A stretch of 64,000 nt of DNA from Octopus vulgaris (taxonomy: Eukaryota), in the NCBI GenBank assembly GCA_951406725.2, contig OX597829.1, positions 14,074,001-14,138,000 on the forward strand, written 5' to 3'. Below the pieces are notes generated by a model, which made no database searches, was not told where the DNA came from, and worked only from the letters and a program-made list of their open reading frames with translations. Below, piece by piece: positions 57,210-64,000 of the stretch (its first letter is position 1; each line of letters opens with the position of its first letter). Made by a program: the position numbers and the translations under genes.

Positions 57210-57645
57210 GGCAGTCTTATGGTTCTGGTATATTTTACGTCAAATGACCACGTGCATTTGTTTATATATGATCGTCGATTTCCGTAAAAAACTTATATTT
57301 TTTTACATTTATTTTTTTACATATGGGGTTGGGGGGATGGGATCTTTGGTGTTAGGGTTACGGTTACGGTTCCTAACCCTAACCCCAAAGATCCCATTTC
57401 CCCCTAACCCCATATGTAAAAAAATAAATGTAGAACCCTAACCCCAAAGATCCCATTTCCCCCTAACCCCATATGTAAAAAAATAAATGTAGAACCATAA
57501 CCCTAAAGATCTCATTTTCCCCCAACCCCATATGTAAAAAAGTTAATGTAAAAAAATAAAAGTTTTTTTACGGAAATCGACGATCATATATAAACAAATA
57601 CAAGTGGTCATTTGACGTAAAATATACTAGAATCGTAAGATTGCC
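57210..57645. mobile_element. Palindromic non-autonomous DNA transposon (Merlin-like MITE)
   Basis: Long TIRs GGCAGTCTTA...TAAGATTGCC; 8-bp TSD AGATTTTC at 57202-57209 and 57646-57653; three internal 59-bp repeats. Confidence 0.8.
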
Positions 57646-57764
57646 AGATTTTCTTTCCTTAGTAACCAGATAAATAGAGATCATTTTCATTTTTCTGACA
57701 AGTGAGACAAAACTTGTAACCTTGATCCGTCGTTAGAATGTCGATATTAATATATAAATTACAT

Positions 57765-57960
57765 AGGCGCGGAACTGGTAGAATTGTTACGACGCCAGAC
57801 AAAATGCTTAGCGGTATTTCGTCCGTCTTTATTTTCAAATTACTACGGAGGTCAACTTGTATCCTTATGGAGTCGATAAAATAAATACCAGTTGAACACT
57901 GGGGTCGAAGTGATCAGTTTTCCTCTCCCGGAACTTGCTGACCGTGTGCCAAAATTTGAC
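57765..57960 (+). mobile_element. Diverged SINE family B
   Basis: AGGCGCGGAACTGGTAGAA...AAATGCTTAGCGGTATTTCGTC. Confidence 0.65.
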
Positions 57961-58234
57961 ATGAATATCAATAACATGTACACACACGCACGCACAAACA
58001 CAAATGCACACACATACATACCTATCTGTATATGTATAATTCTTATTTATACCATTTGTATGTGCGTATCTATATGTGGTTATGTATTACATGAAAGCTT
58101 TACTACATATATGATTTATTATATAGATAGTAGATGTTAAATGATTAAGTATATGGTTCCTTGCCTATGAAGCTTAGAGCAATGGCGCTTCAACCAACAC
58201 AATTTCTTCCGTTTGTACACATATACGAGTATAT

Positions 58235-59057
58235 GGCAAGGGCTTTGAAATAAAACCAAGAAGAAGTTCCAGACACCCAGCTAAGTACTTGACAGACACT
58301 GACTTTGCTGACGACATCGCTCTTATCAGTGATTCTCTCTCCAATGCCCAGTCTCTTTTACAATCTCTCGAACAAGCCTCAAATTGTGTAGGTCTTTACC
58401 TCAATGAGGCCAAGACTGAATATATAAACAAGTGCCTGTCCAACAGTGATTGCATCATCCATACTCTCAACAACGCGCCCTTAAATATGGTTTCTGATTA
58501 TAAATATCTTGGGTCATACATATCATCATCTGGAAAAGATTTTCTAACTAGAAAGGGTATGGCCTGGTCAGCCTGTAATGACATGCATAAGATCTGGTCA
58601 TCAAATCTAAGTAGAGACTTCAAACTTGAAATCTTCAAAGCCACAGTCGAACCAATTCTATTATATGGCTCAGAAACCTGGACGTTATCAAAGAAGCTTG
58701 AGAGGCGGTTGGATGGAACCTACACTCGCCTCCTTCAAAATCTCTCGTGGAAGCGCCATCCAACCAAAATGCAAATATATGGGAAACTACCACCTGTGTC
58801 ATCTCTTGTGAAAGGTAGGAGAGTCCAGTTTGCTGGACATTGTTGTAGAGCTGAAAAAGAGGTAATTTCTACTCTTCTCCTCTGGAAGCCATCTACTCGC
58901 AATACCAGAGGGCGCACACTCTCCTACCCTGATGTAATCTCCAGGGATACAAGCATCCAGCAACAGGACCTCCGTAATGCCATGATGGACCGTGAAGTCT
59001 GGCGTAGCATGGTAAATTCCATTGTCTCGACCACGGTCGAATAATTATGATGATGAT
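58235..59057 (+). mobile_element. 5'-truncated RTE-group LINE (RT C-terminal half and (ATG)n tail)
   Basis: DFADDIALI, YKYLGS, ILLYGSETWTL, FAGHC and DREVWR; ends in ATGATGATG. Confidence 0.88.
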
Positions 59058-59133
59058 GTGTCCAAACGAAAAAATAATTTGTAACATCGGCTACGTTGAA
59101 CTCGGTGTAGCGATTCAAGAAGCTCCAGCCTCG

Positions 59134-59234
<101 letters not shown>

Positions 59235-59259
59235 TTTGTGTGTGTGTGTGTATGTATGT

Positions 59260-59830
59260 ATGTATATAATCAAGAAAAATAACCTCTATTAAGCAATTCA
59301 ATAGTGAAAGACATTATCTATATTATATAGAAAAATTTAAATATACTATAATAAATATTATTTAAAAAATCACTAAATTAAATAAACATTAAATTGGCTA
59401 CGCGTGTCTCGTGACTATATCTTGAAATCGATAATAATAAAATCGATACTATTAAAATTGATATAAATTCCATTTAAAAATATAGCCACTTTATACATTT
59501 ATTTTATTATTTTAAACCTGAAGAGTAGCTATATTTATAAATCGAATGAATTTTAATTTTAATAGTATCAATTTTATTATTATCGATTTAAAGATATAGT
59601 CACGAAACGCGTGTAGTCAATTAAATATTTATTTAATTTAGTGATTTTTAAAAAAATATTTATCATAGTATATTTAAATGATTTCTATATAGTATAGATA
59701 ATGTTTTTCACTATTGAATTGCTTAATAGAGGTTATTTCTCTTAATTATATACATATATTATATATTATGAAATTTGATTTAGCTAAATTGAATTTTTCC
59801 CTGTAAGTTTGGAATTATATTCCCTACTAT
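59260..59830 (+). mobile_element. Penelope-pLTR-like module with an upstream inverted copy (arms ~59260-59490 and ~59525-59755)
   Basis: Long AT-rich palindrome; the right arm carries CTGAAGA...GAAACGCGTGTA. Confidence 0.6.
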
Positions 59831-60449
59831 CATATATATGTGAGTGTGTGTGTGTGTCTGTGTGTCTATGTGCGTGCGTCCGTTTCTGTGTGTGTGTGTA
59901 TGTGTCTGTGGGTGTCGCTGTTTAGTAAGAAGTTTTCTTACCAACTAAATAGTCCCTGGTTCAGTCTCACTGCGTTGTAATTTTAGCGAGTGTTTTTTAC
60001 TGTCTCGGACTTATCAAAGCCGTGTTAGTCGATTTGGTCGAGGAAAACTGAAGGAAGCTCGTTGTATATATGTGTATATATACACCTAAGTGTGTGTGCT
60101 TTTGTGTTTGTGTCCTACAACTGCTTGACAACTACTGTTGGAGTATGTATGGCTCTGAACATTAGTGTCTCGGCAAAAACGAACAGATAGAATAAGTACC
60201 AGGGAATAGAAAGATACTGAGGTCGACATGTGCGTGTGCCTTTATGTGTGTATGTGTATGTGTGCGTGTGTGTGTGTGTGTGTACAAGCAGAAAAATGTA
60301 GATGGATATATAAAAACTTGCGCATTTGTATATATGGATGTACATGTTTGTGTGTGCTTATATACTTAAAGCTTGATAAACGTCTGTAGTTTACACGTAT
60401 TTTCACGGTTCAATAATTGCAAGTTCAATCTTGTACTTATAATTTCTTA

Positions 60450-60890
60450 ATTTACTCTTTTAATCTTTTACTTTTGACTATAGCCATACTGGAGCACCGC
60501 CTTTAGTCGAGCAAATCGATCCCAGGACTTATTTTTTGTAAGCCTAGTATTTATCCTATCAGTCATTTTTGCCGAACTGCTAAGTTAAGGGGACGTAAAC
60601 ACTCCAATATCGGTTGTCAAGCGATACAGATAGACACAGACAGGCAGACAGACAGACACACACACACATATATATACACACGCACGCACGCAAACACACA
60701 CACACATATATATATATACTTATATATGACGGGTTTCTTTCAGTTTCCGTCTAACAAATCCTCTCACAAGGCTTTGGTCAGCCCGAGGCTATAATAGAAG
60801 ATACTTGCCCAAGGTGCCACGCAGTGGGACTGAATCCAGAATCATGTGGTTGGTAAGCAAGCTACTTACCACACAGGTACGCCTGCACCT
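60450..60890 (-). mobile_element. SINE family A
   Basis: Near full length, in reverse complement. Confidence 0.85.
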
Positions 60891-61070
60891 ATGAGCCAAA
60901 CCCTTTTTGTTTCGCGTACCCCAGCTTCTGAATATTGATACTATGGCAGTTTCGTGTGTGTGTATGTGTGTGTGTCTTCAAAGAGTGTCTCAGCATGACC
61001 CCAGTTTTAAACAAACAAATAAAAAATAAATGATAAAAGATATGGCTGATTCGTTACTATCTTGCGGTTA

Positions 61071-61116
61071 ACTCACACTGAAGACGGATAACAACCAGAA
61101 ACCTAGGTCTGTGGGT
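61071..61116 (+). ncRNA. Minimal type I hammerhead ribozyme motif
   Basis: ACTCACA-CTGAAGA-CGGATAACAACCA-GAAA-C-CTAG-G-TC-TGTGGGT: intact core, 7-bp stem I and palindromic ACCTAGGT at stem III. Confidence 0.72.
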
Positions 61117-61277
61117 ATCACGTAAGGCTAGAGATGTGAGAGATGACCTCCCTTGCAGATGCTATAAGGACACAGACTGTGTGTCGATAGCCAGCTGGAA
61201 AAGAGGTTTTCTTGAGGCTATAACAACAGTAACATCGTCCTATATAGGACTGCCACCTTCTGTTGGCATATAAACAT

Positions 61278-61326
<49 letters not shown>

Positions 61327-61362
61327 ATATATATGTATATACATATATATATATATATACAC

Positions 61363-61452
<90 letters not shown>

Positions 61453-61582
61453 CGAACACACTAGTGCAAACAAGGGAGTCAGAGAAAGGCAGAATGCCAC
61501 TTATATCTGAACACTACTATAGAAATATTCCTTTAAAAAAACTTTTCTTCTAATTTTTCTAAATTTAATTATTTAATCGTTA

Positions 61583-61620
61583 CAGTTGAAAAGGTCTCAA
61601 AATGACCGAAACCGGTACTG
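61583..61620 (+). ncRNA. Hammerhead-like motif with a U3-A8 core variant
   Basis: CAG-TTGAAAA-GGTC-TCAAAAT-GACC-GAAA-CCGG-TA-CTG. Confidence 0.5.
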
Positions 61621-61669
61621 AAATCTTCACTATAAAATTATTTTAGCATTTTCTATTTTTGACTTGTTT

Positions 61670-61719
<50 letters not shown>

Positions 61720-61819
61720 GTTTATATGCCAACAGAAGGTGGCAGTCCTATATAGGACGATGTTATTGTTGTTACAGCCCGAGGCTATAATATAATATAT
61801 TATAATTATATATTATACG

Positions 61820-64000
61820 TCAAAGGTAGTGGGTAGCGAACTTCTTCACTACTTCAGGGAGTAACGACCCTGCCTGACACGAGTTCCGGGCTCAGCTGGC
61901 TCCGGCTGACAGTACCCGGTATGGGCCCCTATCCAGGGTTACGGAAAGGAGACAACCTTCAATGAAATCCGGAGTGGAGCCCCGAAGGCGGTCTAGTGTT
62001 CGACTCGACAAGCTGGTGCCAAACGTAATGCACTGCACTCCACTGGACTACATCAACAAGGTCGAGAGAGGAAACCTGACGATTGGGCTACCCAGGACTT
62101 TCTTACCCATAGCCCAGGCCAGCGCAAAACTGGAGAGGACACTTCAGTGCTGCTGTAAAAAGCTGAAGAAACAACACGGGAGGTAACAGTCACGAGTGAT
62201 AAGTCCATTCAGATTGGCGTAAAATATGGGCGCTACGGGTTACCTCTGACGGTGGGAGGGACTTCCGTGTCCTGTTGGTTAGCTACTGCCCACCTCAAGC
62301 TGGGCAGCCCCCAGTTAATAAGGTGCTGACCCGCCACAAGCCGCCTGCTCCATTGGGTGCTTGGAGCTAAGAGTACGACTCGAAAAGCGGCCTGCAACTT
62401 CTGCACCAGGCAAGCAACTAAAAGTCAAGAAAACACCAGTTCTGCGGTTGGCAAGCTGGAATGTCAGGACCATGTGTCCTGGAATATCTGATGATCTTCT
62501 CAGGATTGAAGTCACAAGGAAAACGGCCATCATTGACCGTGAACTAAAGAGGCTCAACATAGATATTGCTGGGCTGCAGGAGACAAGACTTCCCTCAAAC
62601 GGCAAACCCAAAGAGCAGGACTTCACCTTCTTTTGGCAGGGAAGAGATCCAGAAGAACCTCGTCAACATGGCGTTGGCTTTGCAGTGAGAAACTCACTAC
62701 TCTCCTCAATAGAACCACCATCGGGAGACACTGAGCGTATCCTCTCACTGCGCCTCTCGACTTCTTCTGGTTCAGTACAGCTACTCAGCATCTATGCTCC
62801 CACTCTCTACAGCTCAGAGGAGACCAAGGACCAGTTCTACAAAGATCTCAACTGTGTCATAGAAAATATACCAACGACTGAAAATATCTACCTTCTAGGG
62901 GATTTTAACGCTCGCGTGGGATCTGACCATGATTCGTGGCCCATTTGTGTTGGACACTTTGGTATTGGCAACATGAATGACAATGGTCAGAGACTACTCG
63001 AATTCTGCACATACCACAACCTGTGCATCACAAACACATTCTTTACCAACAATCCATCCCACAAGGCATCTTGGAGACATCCAAGATCTCACCACTGGCA
63101 TCAGCTGGATCTCATCATTACACGGAGATCCTTTCTGAATTCTACTCTATTGACCCGCAGTTACCACAGCGCGGATTGTGACACAGACCACTCACTAATT
63201 AGAAGCAGGGTGAGGATTCTGCCTAAAAAAGTCCATCGCTCCAAGAAAGTGGGTCGACCACGCATCAACACCGCCAGAACCTCGGACCCTACACTGCGAA
63301 AATGTTTTGCTGCTTCTATCAAGGTTGCCCTCAGTGGCTGCCCAACCTCCTCTGCTGAAAGTAGGTGGGACTATATCAGGGAAGCCTTGTATACGACATC
63401 AGTGGATACTTTCGGCATGAGAGAAAGGCAAAACCCAGATTGGTTCAATGCTGGGCTCTCAGAGCTGGAGCCAGTTATCGAAGCAAAGCGTGCAAGCTCT
63501 GGTGCAATACAAGAGTGACTCTTCTACAAAGTCACTCAAAGAACTCAGAAAGGCACGAAATAAAACCCAACTGACAGCCAGACGCTGTGCAAATAGGTAT
63601 TGGCAGGAAATCTGTCAGAGTATCCAGTCAGCTGCTGACAGGGGCGACACCAGTGGGATGTATGCCGGTTTGAAGAAGGCCCTCGGTCCATCCGCAACCA
63701 AGTCAGCCCCTCTGAAATCAAGTACTGGAGATCTCATCAGGGATCAAGGCAAGCAAATGGATAGATGGGTGGATCTCTACTCACGGGAAACCACAGTGGC
63801 TGAGGCTGCAGTCGAGAGTGTCAAGATCTTGCCAGTCATGTGCGAACTTGACAGTCCGCCATCTATAGCAGAGCTCACCAAGGCTGTTGACTCCCTAGCA
63901 AGAAATAAGACTCCGGGAAAAGACGGCATCCCCTCAGAGATCATCAAAGCCGGCAAAAACACCATCCTGCTTCGGCACCTTCATGAGCTTCTGTGTCAGT
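61820..64000 (+). mobile_element. RTE (BovB-like) LINE 5' part: 5' UTR, APE endonuclease and start of RT; runs off the window
   Basis: LASWNVRTM, IAGLQETRL, HGVGFAV, LLGDFNARVG, WRHPRSHHWHQLD and DTDHSLI; after a frameshift near 63500 the reading continues to KTPGKDGIPSE. Confidence 0.92.

Noticed and set aside
57377-57555. CRISPR array or interstitial telomere
   Set aside because: Contiguous 59-bp tandem units without spacers, inside a MITE in eukaryotic DNA; only isolated CCCTAA words.

Overview
This is 64 kb of AT-rich eukaryotic intergenic or intronic DNA with no recognisable host gene. The SINE types and extreme microsatellite load resemble a coleoid cephalopod, probably Octopus (inference). 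Most ORFs in the supplied track are translations of (TA)n, (GATA)n, (TAA)n and (ATGT)n tracts. The real coding remnants are all transposon-derived: a CR1/L2-type APE endonuclease, Penelope RT/GIY-YIG fragments, four R4/Dong-type fragments, a Tx1-clade LINE, two RTE LINEs, a full-length frameshifted mariner and a decayed Tigger. Two SINE families occur in many copies. Four patterns stand out. (1) Several short non-coding modules carry minimal type I hammerhead-ribozyme folds, one near-canonical at 61071-61116 and others with apparent C3-G8 covariation. (2) Retroelement families appear to partition the microsatellites: Tx1 in (GATA)n, R4/Dong in (TAA)n, Penelope/SINE/mariner in (TA)n. (3) Local inverted duplications and hairpins recur around (TA)n tracts. 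(4) A Merlin-like MITE has an 8-bp TSD and telomere-like internal repeats. All calls were made by eye; coordinates are approximate and no searches were run.
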